Below, one piece after another: positions 31,328-39,109 of a DNA stretch of 64,000 bases. Both the position numbers and the translations under genes were made by a program. This DNA is from Gammaproteobacteria bacterium (GTDB lineage: Bacteria > Pseudomonadota > Gammaproteobacteria > Ga0077536): positions 2,088-66,087 of the forward strand of contig JAIEQK010000163.1 of assembly GCA_019747795.1 (NCBI GenBank), given 5' to 3'. The notes beneath the pieces are model-generated. The model did not search any database, had not been told where the DNA came from, and saw nothing but the letters and a program-made list of their open reading frames with translations. How positions within the stretch are numbered: position 1 is the stretch's first letter; each line of letters opens with the position of its first letter.

Positions 31328-32149
31328 ATGCCTCACCTGACCAAGCTGTTCCTGCTGTGCTGCCTGATGCTGCTGACCGGCACGGCCGGCGCCGACGACG
31401 CGCCGGGCGTGACCGAGCCGGTCGAGGTCGATACCTGGGCGACGCTCCTGAAGCCGCACTACTTCGGCGACACGCCGCTCATCGAAGGCCGCGGCGTCAT
31501 CGACATGAAGACGCCCTATCGCTCCGAGGACGCGGCCTTCACGCCGGTGTCGATCATCGCCGCGATTCCGCAGACCGAGGCGCGCTACATCAAGGACATC
31601 TACGTGTTCGTGGAGAAGAACCCGCAGCCGCTGGCGGGCGTGTTCCACATGACGCCGGCGGCCGGACGCGCGGATCTCGCGCTGCGCGTGCGGGTCGACG
31701 CCTACACCAACGTGCATGCGGTCGCGGTGCTGAACACCGGCGAGCTTCATCACGTCAGCAACTTCGTCAAGGCGCAGGGTGGCTGCTCGGCGCCGGCCGC
31801 CTCGGACTTTGCCAAGGCCATGCAGCATATCGGCGAAATGAAGTTTCGCGCGCTGCCCGACGCCGAGAACGCCGATCTCATGATCGGCCAGTTCCTGCTC
31901 TCACACCCCAACGTCACCGGCATGCAGAAGGATCAGAAGACCCAGCTCATCCGGCCCGAGCACTACGTGAAGACCATTCGCCTGTTCGAGGGCGACAAGC
32001 TCCTGATGACCGCCGAGACTGGTTTCTCGGTGTCCGAGGATCCGAGCTTCCGCTTTTTCTTCCGCCGCCAGGGCACCGGCGAGATCCGCGCCGAGGTCGA
32101 GGATTCCAAGGGCCTGCACTGGCAGGAGAGCTTCAAGATCAAGGGCTGA
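31328..32149 (+). CDS. secreted SoxY-SoxZ fusion-type protein (resembles the quinoprotein-dehydrogenase-associated SoxYZ-like carrier family)
   Basis: The ATG at 31328 gives the signal peptide MPHLTKLFLLCCLMLLTGTAGADD, a SoxY-like half ending in AQGGCSAP (a candidate carrier Cys), then a SoxZ-like beta-sandwich half (...IRPEHYVKTIRLFEGDKLLMTAETGFSVSEDPSFRFFF). The family assignment is from memory of the family architecture, not from a search. Confidence 0.6.
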   Translation: MPHLTKLFLLCCLMLLTGTAGADDAPGVTEPVEVDTWATLLKPHYFGDTPLIEGRGVIDMKTPYRSEDAAFTPVSIIAAIPQTEARYIKDIYVFVEKNPQPLAGVFHMTPAAGRADLALRVRVDAYTNVHAVAVLNTGELHHVSNFVKAQGGCSAPAASDFAKAMQHIGEMKFRALPDAENADLMIGQFLLSHPNVTGMQKDQKTQLIRPEHYVKTIRLFEGDKLLMTAETGFSVSEDPSFRFFFRRQGTGEIRAEVEDSKGLHWQESFKIKG

Positions 32150-32180
32150 GCCGCGCGCGGCTCGCCAGCGGAGCGCATCC

Positions 32181-32945
32181 ATGAACGCCAACTTCCGTCA
32201 CCGCCTGCGCGCGGGAGAGACCCTGCTCGGCACCATCGTCACGCTCGAGGCGCCCGAGGTGGTCGAGGCGCTGTGCCATATCGGCTACGACTGGCTCTTC
32301 ATCGAGACCGAGCACGCCCCGCTCGCGCCGCCGGCGGTGCAGCGCATCGTGCAGACGGCGGGCGCGACGCCCTGCATCGTGCGCCTGTCGCGCGGCGACG
32401 AGATCTCGATCAAGCGCGCTTTGGATGCCGGCGCGGCAGGCATCATCGTGCCGCAGGTGAACTCCGCGGCCTACGCGCGGCTCATCGTCAGCTACGCCAA
32501 GTTCGCGCCCCATGGCAGCCGCGGCTTCGGCCTGTCGCGCGCCAGCATGTATGGACTGCGAGCCGAGGAGTACGTGGCGCAGGCCAACGACAGTACCGCG
32601 GTCATCGTGCTCGCCGAGCACGTGGACGCGGTGGAGAACATCGAGGAGATCTGCCAGGTGGACGGCGTCGACGCGGTGTTCATCGGTCCCTACGACCTGT
32701 CCGCCAGCCTGAACCGTATCGGCCGCGTGCACGACCGCGAAGTGGTGGAGGCCATCGATCACATTCGCGACGCGTGTCGCAAGCACGGCGTGCCGGTCGG
32801 TATCCATGGCGCGACGCCGGAGTTCGTCACGTCGCGCATGCAGGACGGTTTCTCTCTTCTGTCCTGCGGCGCCGACATTGCGATCTTCGCCGCCGGCGCC
32901 AAGCAACTGCTCGCCACTCTCCAAGGAGCCCGCAGCGATGGATAA
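32181..32945 (+). CDS. HpcH/HpaI-family class II (pyruvate-specific) aldolase
   Basis: 254 aa. GYDWLFIETEHAP, IVRL.., DAGAAGIIVPQV, RG.G, AEHV and VFIGPYDLSASL show the typical HpcH/HpaI/GarL fold signature. Confidence 0.85.
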   Translation: MNANFRHRLRAGETLLGTIVTLEAPEVVEALCHIGYDWLFIETEHAPLAPPAVQRIVQTAGATPCIVRLSRGDEISIKRALDAGAAGIIVPQVNSAAYARLIVSYAKFAPHGSRGFGLSRASMYGLRAEEYVAQANDSTAVIVLAEHVDAVENIEEICQVDGVDAVFIGPYDLSASLNRIGRVHDREVVEAIDHIRDACRKHGVPVGIHGATPEFVTSRMQDGFSLLSCGADIAIFAAGAKQLLATLQGARSDG

Positions 32946-33600
32946 ACATCTGCACGCCGACTTGACCGCGATCGCCTGTTCGTCCTTCGCGGACGCCGAC
33001 AAGACATTGCGGGTCATGGACGCGGGGATGCGGCGCGTGAACGACGGCGCCAAGCTGGTCGGCGTGGCGCGCACGGTGCGCTGCCACGAGGACTTCCTCG
33101 CCGTGATCCGCGCGCTGGCCGATGCGCAGCCGGGGGACGTGCTGGTGGTCGACACCGACGGCAGCCGGCGCGCGGTGGTGGGCGAACTGTTCTCGCTGGA
33201 GGCGACCCGCCGCGGGCTGGCGGGCATCATCGTCGACGGCACCGTGCGCGACCTGCGCACCGTCGCCGGCCTGCGCCTGCCGGTGTGGGCGCGCGGATTG
33301 AATCCCAAGTCGGGCACCACGCGCGATCCCGGCGCGGTGCAGGTGCCGGTGACCTGCGGTGGCGTGGTGGTGAACCCGGGCGACGTGGTGCTCGGTGACG
33401 AGGACGGCATCGTCGTCGCGACCGCCGCCGAGTTCGCCGCGCTGGTGCCGACGGCGCGCGCCATCGAGGAACGCGAGGCGCGGGTGCGCGCGCGCATGGC
33501 CGCCGGTCATGCGTTGACCGACATGCTGAACCTGGACGCGCATCTCGCCGCGCTCGCGCGCGGCGAAGCGAGCAAGCTCGCGTTCAAGCTCGATGATTGA
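32938..33600 (+). CDS. RraA-family protein (4-hydroxy-4-methyl-2-oxoglutarate aldolase / oxaloacetate decarboxylase-like)
   Basis: The ATG at 32938 overlaps the upstream stop (ATGGATAA). GDVLVVDTDGSRRAVVGELFSLEATRRGLAGIIVDGTVRD and GDVVLGDEDGIVV are RraA/HMG-aldolase motifs. Confidence 0.8.
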   Translation: MDKHLHADLTAIACSSFADADKTLRVMDAGMRRVNDGAKLVGVARTVRCHEDFLAVIRALADAQPGDVLVVDTDGSRRAVVGELFSLEATRRGLAGIIVDGTVRDLRTVAGLRLPVWARGLNPKSGTTRDPGAVQVPVTCGGVVVNPGDVVLGDEDGIVVATAAEFAALVPTARAIEEREARVRARMAAGHALTDMLNLDAHLAALARGEASKLAFKLDD

Positions 33601-33958
33601 CGCGCGCCTGCTGCTGCTTGGGCTCGCCGCGGTCCAGGGCGTCGCCGCGGCCGAGCCTTCGCCGGGCGCGGCGTCCCGCGCCGCCGGCTACGCGACTTGC
33701 GCGGCGTTCTATTTCAACGCGGTCAACGTCAAGCCCATGGGCGACTACGAGGCGGTGTACGGCGCGGGCGAACGGGCCTTCAACGAGGGCCTCAAGCTGG
33801 TCGGACGCAAGGCGCTGGACGACCTGGTCGCCGCCGCGTCGGCAGAGATGATGAAGCTCAGCAATTCCAACTGGAAGAACTTCGCGACCGTCGAACAGCG
33901 CTACGGCGGCGACTGTCAGCGCCTGCTCGAGCAGACGCCGGCGGTGACCGGCGAGTAG
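33593..33958 (+). CDS. small secreted protein of unknown function (two Cys)
   Basis: 121 aa with the signal peptide MIDARLLLLGLAAVQGVAAA and strong GC3 bias. The start overlaps the RraA-like stop (ATGATTGA). Confidence 0.55.
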   Translation: MIDARLLLLGLAAVQGVAAAEPSPGAASRAAGYATCAAFYFNAVNVKPMGDYEAVYGAGERAFNEGLKLVGRKALDDLVAAASAEMMKLSNSNWKNFATVEQRYGGDCQRLLEQTPAVTGE

Positions 33959-33973
33959 GGTCGAGCGCGCGGG

Positions 33974-34477
33974 TCAGGCGGGCGACGCCGGACGACGCAG
34001 ATACCACACCAGGTCCATCTCGGGCGCCGCGAGGCCGGCCTGGGTGAGGGCTGCCGAGATCTGGCCACGATGATGGGTGGCGTGGTTGAACACGTGCAGC
34101 AGCAGGCTGGTCAGCGGTTGTTCGAACGCGGCGCCCGACATGTTGCGATAGACCAGCGTGCCGGCGAGGCGCGCGTCGTCAAGCGTGTCCAGCCACCTCG
34201 ACCAGCGCGCCGTCGCCGCGCGCAGCGCGCGCGCGAGCGCGCCGCGCTCGGCCTCGAGTTCGCTGTCCAGTCCGGCGACCGAGAAGGGCACGTCGATGCA
34301 GCGGCCATACCACACGTGGTCGGCCACCAGCAGGTGATTGAGCGTGCCGTGCACGCTCCTGAAGAACAGTCCGACATCGGCGCGATAACGCGCGTCGTCC
34401 AACCCCTCGACCGTCTCGAACAGCACCTCGGTGGCCCACGCGTGGTAGCCCGCGAGCGTCAGCATGGCAGCTCTCAT
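33974..34477 (-). CDS. DinB-family (four-helix-bundle metalloenzyme-like) protein
   Basis: MRAAMLTLAGYHAWATEVLFETV...HGTLNHLLVADHVW...LLHVFNHATHHRGQI shows the DinB/YfiT His triad pattern. The track ORF starts 22 codons upstream. Confidence 0.8.
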   Translation of the reverse strand: MRAAMLTLAGYHAWATEVLFETVEGLDDARYRADVGLFFRSVHGTLNHLLVADHVWYGRCIDVPFSVAGLDSELEAERGALARALRAATARWSRWLDTLDDARLAGTLVYRNMSGAAFEQPLTSLLLHVFNHATHHRGQISAALTQAGLAAPEMDLVWYLRRPASPA

Positions 34478-34605
34478 GTCGTCTCCTCGTTGCGCGCCGC
34501 GGCCTTCGTCCGCGGGATGAATTGCACGGCCTGATCGGCGCAACGTAACATGCCGGCACCGGGCCCGCCGCGCATCGCGAGGGCCGGCAGTCGCGAGGAT
34601 CCTGC

Positions 34606-36177
34606 ATGAACGGCGCCCATACCCTGCTCGACACGCTGGTCGCGGCCGGCATCGAAGTGTGCTTCGCCAATCCCGGCACCTCGGAGATGCATCTCGTCAC
34701 CGCCATCGGCAAGACTGACGCGGTGCGGCCCATCCTGTGCCTGTTCGAAGGCGTGGTGACGGGCGCCGCCGACGGTTACGCGCGCATGTCGGGCAAGCCC
34801 GCGATCACGCTGCTGCACCTCGCACCGGGGTATGCCAACGGCATGGCCAACCTGCACAACGCGTCGAAGGCGCACACCGCCATCGTCAACATCGTGGGCG
34901 ACCACGCGGTGTGGCATCACCAGTACAACGCGCCACTCACCTCGGACGTGCCGGGCCACGCGCGCCTGCAGTCGGAGTGGGTGCGGGTGTCGGCCTCGGC
35001 CGAGGATCTCGCGCTCGCGGGCGCGGAAGCCGTACAGGCCGCGCGCAGCGGCGCGGGTCACATCGCGACCTTGATCGTGCCGGCCAATCACGCGTGGGAA
35101 CCGGCCGAGCGCTCCTACGATCGCCTGCAGCCCGAGCCGCTCGCGACGGTGCCGGAGGCGAGCATCGCTGCCGCCGCGGCGGCGCTCACCAACGGCAAGC
35201 GTACCGCGATCGTGGTCGGCGGCGGCGCGCTGCGCGAAGGTCCGCTGACGCTCGCCGGACGCATCGCGGCCGGCTGCAACGCGACCCTGCTGTGCGAGAC
35301 CTTTCCGGTACGGGTCGAACGCGGCGCGGGCCGCGTGCCCTTCGCGCGCATTCCCTATTTCGCCGAGCAGGCCATCGAATTCCTCAAGGACTTCGAACAA
35401 ATGATCCTCATCGGTACGCAGCAGCCGGTGGCGTTCTTCGCCTATCCCGGCGTCGCGAGCCTGCTCGCGCCTCCGGACTGCGCGATGCTGACGCTGGCCG
35501 ACGTGCACGACGATATCGGCGCCGCGCTGGACGAACTCGCGAAGCGGGTGGCCGCGCCCGCCGACTGTCCGCGCCAGCCGCGCGTCGCGCCCACCCTGGT
35601 GGATGGCGAACTCACGCCGGGCGCCATCGGCGACGTGATCAGCGCGCGCCTGCCGGAGAACGCCATCGTGTCCGACGAAGGCATCACCTGCGGCCTCGAA
35701 CTCTTCCTGCGCACCCAGGGCGCGGCGCCCCACGACTGGCTGGCCATCACCGGTGGCTCCATCGGCCAGGGTCTGCCGGTCAGTTTCGGCGCATCCGTCG
35801 CATGTCCGTCGCGCAAGGTGGTGGCCTTCCAGGCCGACGGCAGCGCGATGTACACCGTGCAGGCGCTGTGGAGCATGGCGCGCGAGAAGAGCGACGTGAC
35901 GGTGGTGCTGCTGAACAACAGCAGCTACGCGATCCTGAACGTGGAACTCATGCGCCTGAAGGCCGGTGACCCTAATCCCAAGACGCTTTCCATGCTCGAT
36001 CTCGGCAACCCGGTGATCGACTGGGTCAGCCTCGCGCGCGGCATGGACGTGCACGCGACCCAGGTACGGACCGTGCGCGAGTTCGACGAGGCCTTCAGCG
36101 CCGCGATGGCGACACCCGGGCCGCATCTCATCGAAGTGATGGTGGTGCAGAATGTGGGGGCGGGGTTCAAGCGCTGA
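34606..36177 (+). CDS. thiamine-diphosphate-dependent enzyme, acetolactate-synthase-large-subunit-like; substrate unknown
   Basis: 523 aa with the N-terminal Pyr domain FANPGTSEMH...GAADGYAR and the C-terminal ThDP motif ADGSAMYTVQALWSMAREKSDVTVVLLNNSSY. The first residue of the G-D-G motif is Ala here. Confidence 0.85.
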   Translation: MNGAHTLLDTLVAAGIEVCFANPGTSEMHLVTAIGKTDAVRPILCLFEGVVTGAADGYARMSGKPAITLLHLAPGYANGMANLHNASKAHTAIVNIVGDHAVWHHQYNAPLTSDVPGHARLQSEWVRVSASAEDLALAGAEAVQAARSGAGHIATLIVPANHAWEPAERSYDRLQPEPLATVPEASIAAAAAALTNGKRTAIVVGGGALREGPLTLAGRIAAGCNATLLCETFPVRVERGAGRVPFARIPYFAEQAIEFLKDFEQMILIGTQQPVAFFAYPGVASLLAPPDCAMLTLADVHDDIGAALDELAKRVAAPADCPRQPRVAPTLVDGELTPGAIGDVISARLPENAIVSDEGITCGLELFLRTQGAAPHDWLAITGGSIGQGLPVSFGASVACPSRKVVAFQADGSAMYTVQALWSMAREKSDVTVVLLNNSSYAILNVELMRLKAGDPNPKTLSMLDLGNPVIDWVSLARGMDVHATQVRTVREFDEAFSAAMATPGPHLIEVMVVQNVGAGFKR

Positions 36178-36184
36178 AGGGACC

Positions 36185-36299
36185 CTGTAGGTCGGACTTC
36201 AGTCCGACATTCGCTCGCCGTTTACGCTGCTCACGCCGACCGGGCCGACGCGTGCATCGAAGTCGTGGAACGAATGTCGGACTGAAGTCCGACCTACAG
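36185..36299. repeat. REP doublet (canonical units, 57-nt spacer)
   Basis: 36185-36213 is CTGTAGGTCGGACTTCAGTCCGACATTCG, and 36271-36299 is its exact reverse complement. Confidence 0.85.
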
Positions 36300-36311
36300 G
36301 TGGATAAGTTT

Positions 36312-36746
36312 TCACTCCCCCTGTTTCGTCTTCAGCGCCGCGAGGCGCTTCTCCATCACCTCGGCCTTGTCCGCGCCGCCACCCAGGAAGCCCGGCGCGG
36401 CGCGGTAGTAGCGGATCAGGTCTTCCAGCGCGCCGTCGTTCTCGGGATCGAGCGCGACCGCGCGTTCGAAGGACGCGCAGGTCTTCTTCGCGAGATCCAT
36501 CGCCGCCAGCCAGTTGGCGCGCTGCGCGAGCCGGCCATAGCTCTTGCCGAGCAGGTGCGCGCAGCGCGCGCACCCCGGATGGCGCGCGACCAGCGCCTCG
36601 GCGGCGTGCGCCGCCTCCTCGTAGCGACGCGCCTTGTAGATCGCGCGTACTGCCTGGTAGTCCGCTTCGGGCGCGTCGTCGTCGGCGCGCGCCTGGGCGG
36701 CGAACAGGGTGGCGCACAGCAGGGTGAGGTAGGCCAGGCGTGTCAC
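36312..36746 (-). CDS. secreted helical-repeat (TPR-like) protein of unknown function
   Basis: 144 aa with the signal peptide MTRLAYLTLLCATLFAAQARA and TPR-like helices (AIYKARRYEEAAHAAEALV..., FERAVALDPEN). Confidence 0.6.
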   Translation of the reverse strand: MTRLAYLTLLCATLFAAQARADDDAPEADYQAVRAIYKARRYEEAAHAAEALVARHPGCARCAHLLGKSYGRLAQRANWLAAMDLAKKTCASFERAVALDPENDGALEDLIRYYRAAPGFLGGGADKAEVMEKRLAALKTKQGE

Positions 36747-36779
36747 GGGAGAGGGGCGACGGTGGCGGTGCGGCGCATG

Positions 36780-36928
36780 TTAGCAGGCTGGTGAAAAACT
36801 ACTGCGCTAGTCATTTCGCGTCCCGGCGGTGCTCGGAATCCTCACGTCGGCCGTGAACGCTGCGGTTCCTCCGCGCCGGCGTGAACGCAAACTGCCGTCG
36901 CTCGCGACGTTTTTCACCAGCCTGTTAG
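36780..36928. mobile_element. MITE-like element: 141 bp bounded by perfect 16-bp terminal inverted repeats and flanked by a TTAG direct duplication
   Basis: The left TIR is CAGGCTGGTGAAAAAC (36784-36799). The right TIR is GTTTTTCACCAGCCTG (36909-36924), its exact reverse complement. TTAG occurs at 36780-36783 and again at 36925-36928. The interior has no ORF. Confidence 0.45.
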
Positions 36929-37025
36929 GCCAGCGCCGCGCCGCGCGCGACCCGCCCCGGCGCTGGGAGGCGCGCGTCGGCGCTGCTATCTTGGCGGCCC
37001 GATTCAGACTAGGGGAGATGAGCCC

Positions 37026-37424
37026 ATGAGCACCGAAGCCAACAAGCAACTCGTTCGTGACACCTGGGGCGCCGTCACCAACGGCGATCCGGAAGGCTTC
37101 ATGGCCCGGCTGGCGGACGACGTCACCTGGACCTTCTTCGGCAGCCACCGCTTCGCTGGCACCATCCGCGGCAAGGAGGAACTGATCTCCAAGCTGTTCG
37201 CGCCGCTCGGCGAGGTGCTGGCCGAGGGCATCAAGGTACACATCGATTCCCTGACCGCCGAGGACGATCGCGTGGTGATCGAGGCCCGCGGCGAAGCGCG
37301 GACCAAGGACGGCCGGCCCTACAACAACAGCTACTGCATCGTCGTGACGGTGCGGGACGGCAAGGTCGCCCACGTGCGCGAGTATCTCGACTCGGAACTC
37401 GTGACCGCCGTGTTCGGCCGCTGA
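37026..37424 (+). CDS. NTF2-like / SnoaL-like (ketosteroid-isomerase fold) protein
   Basis: 132 aa. NKQLVRDTWGAVTNGD...LADDVTW...YCIVVTVRDGKVAHVREYLD is a typical SnoaL-like pattern. Confidence 0.8.
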   Translation: MSTEANKQLVRDTWGAVTNGDPEGFMARLADDVTWTFFGSHRFAGTIRGKEELISKLFAPLGEVLAEGIKVHIDSLTAEDDRVVIEARGEARTKDGRPYNNSYCIVVTVRDGKVAHVREYLDSELVTAVFGR

Positions 37425-37446
37425 GCAGGGCGCCGGCGACGGACGC

Positions 37447-38316
37447 TCACTCAGCGTCCGTCGACCGCGCGGCCGACGACGCGGGCTCGAGCGGCGCGAG
37501 CCGGCTCCAGGCGGCATCGTCCGCGAGGCGGCCGAGCGCGCCCGGTTCCAGGCGGCGCGGATCGAGCGTCTCGGCGCCGTACACGATGGCTTCCATCTTC
37601 CACACGCTCACGGCCCGCGACTGGACATCGTTCACTTCCAGCGCCACCACGGTCGGCTGACCGTCGACCGCCGTGTGGCGATAGCTCGCCACCTTCCACA
37701 GCTTGCCCGCGCGGTCGAAGTACTCGCGCTTGACCGGCAGGCGACTCTGGTCGTCCACCCAGGTCACGATGCGCGAGTAGTAGCGGTCCTTCAGCGGTCG
37801 CGCCTCGACCTTCCACAGCGTGTGGCCGTCCTGGTCTTCGCGCCCGATCAGGTTAGGTGGCTGGGTCTCGCGCTCGGCGAGCGCGAGGTCTTCGTAGTTC
37901 AGCTTGGTGGACAGGAAGTAGTCGTCGGGATCGAGCGGCGAGATCTGTCGCGCCCGCCGCTCCTCCGGCGAGTAGAGCCACAGGCCCAGTCCGTCAGCGC
38001 TCGGCTGCGGCGCGCTCAGGATGCACACACCGCGCATCTTGTCCGGCGCCTCGAAGGTGATGGCGCTGCGCGGCCCGTCACCGTAGCCCTTGCGCAGCAC
38101 CAGCAGGTTCCAGGATTTGCGCCCGCCGCCGGGCTGCGGGTTGCTGGTGGTCACGTGCACGCGGGAATACTGGGCGGTGCGCGGCACCTGCGCGCGGTAC
38201 ATGTCGGCGATCAGCGCGGCGGCATCGGGCTCTTCGCCTTCGGCGAGGGCGAGCGCCTGGGTGAGCAGGACGATGAGCCCCACCAGCACGCGGCTGGCAC
38301 GATGGCATCGGTTCAT
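37447..38316 (-). CDS. outer-membrane lipoprotein-sorting (LolA-like) family protein, secreted
   Basis: The ATG at 38316 gives the signal peptide MNRCHRASRVLVGLIVLLTQALALA. ...FLSTKLNYEDLA...WKVEARP...YSRIVTWVDDQSRLPVKREYFD..GKLWKV matches the LolA_like domain pattern. The track ORF starts 51 codons upstream. Confidence 0.7.
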   Translation of the reverse strand: MNRCHRASRVLVGLIVLLTQALALAEGEEPDAAALIADMYRAQVPRTAQYSRVHVTTSNPQPGGGRKSWNLLVLRKGYGDGPRSAITFEAPDKMRGVCILSAPQPSADGLGLWLYSPEERRARQISPLDPDDYFLSTKLNYEDLALAERETQPPNLIGREDQDGHTLWKVEARPLKDRYYSRIVTWVDDQSRLPVKREYFDRAGKLWKVASYRHTAVDGQPTVVALEVNDVQSRAVSVWKMEAIVYGAETLDPRRLEPGALGRLADDAAWSRLAPLEPASSAARSTDAE

Positions 38317-38581
38317 GAGCGGGTTCCTTCGATGGCGGTGGTGAATCCGACGGCGGATCCTTTCGGTGCACGGCACGCCGACGACAGCCGCCGGGACGCG
38401 CCTCGCGCAGTTCGCGCCCGTGCTCGGCGCGGCCGCGATCCTAACGCCTGCTGGCCCGGCCCGTCGCAAAAAAATCGACGTCTCGCCGAGCCTTAGCGCA
38501 ACAGCGCCGGCCGCCCTTCAGGCGCCACCGGCCCGCGCCTCATTCCGGTGCGTCATTTTCGACCGGCGCATTCGCCAGCTC

Positions 38582-38609
38582 GCACCTCGACAGTGCACAA
38601 AGCCTGTGC
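38582..38609 (+). promoter_or_regulatory. two overlapping GCAC-N7-GTGC dyads (candidate NtrC enhancer sites)
   Basis: The dyads are GCACCtcgacaGTGC (38582-38596) and GCACaaagcctGTGC (38595-38609). The NtrC consensus TGCACCA-N3-TGGTGCA has the same GCAC-N7-GTGC spacing. They lie about 60-75 nt upstream of the sigma-54 element. Confidence 0.45.
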
Positions 38610-38652
38610 CCTGCCCGTCCTCACCTTCCAAGTCATTGAAATCAAAGTCTGA

Positions 38653-39060
<408 letters not shown>

Positions 39061-39109
39061 GCGCGCCTCCCGGTTTCATTCATCGTCGTCAACCTGAAGT
39101 GGAATAGCC

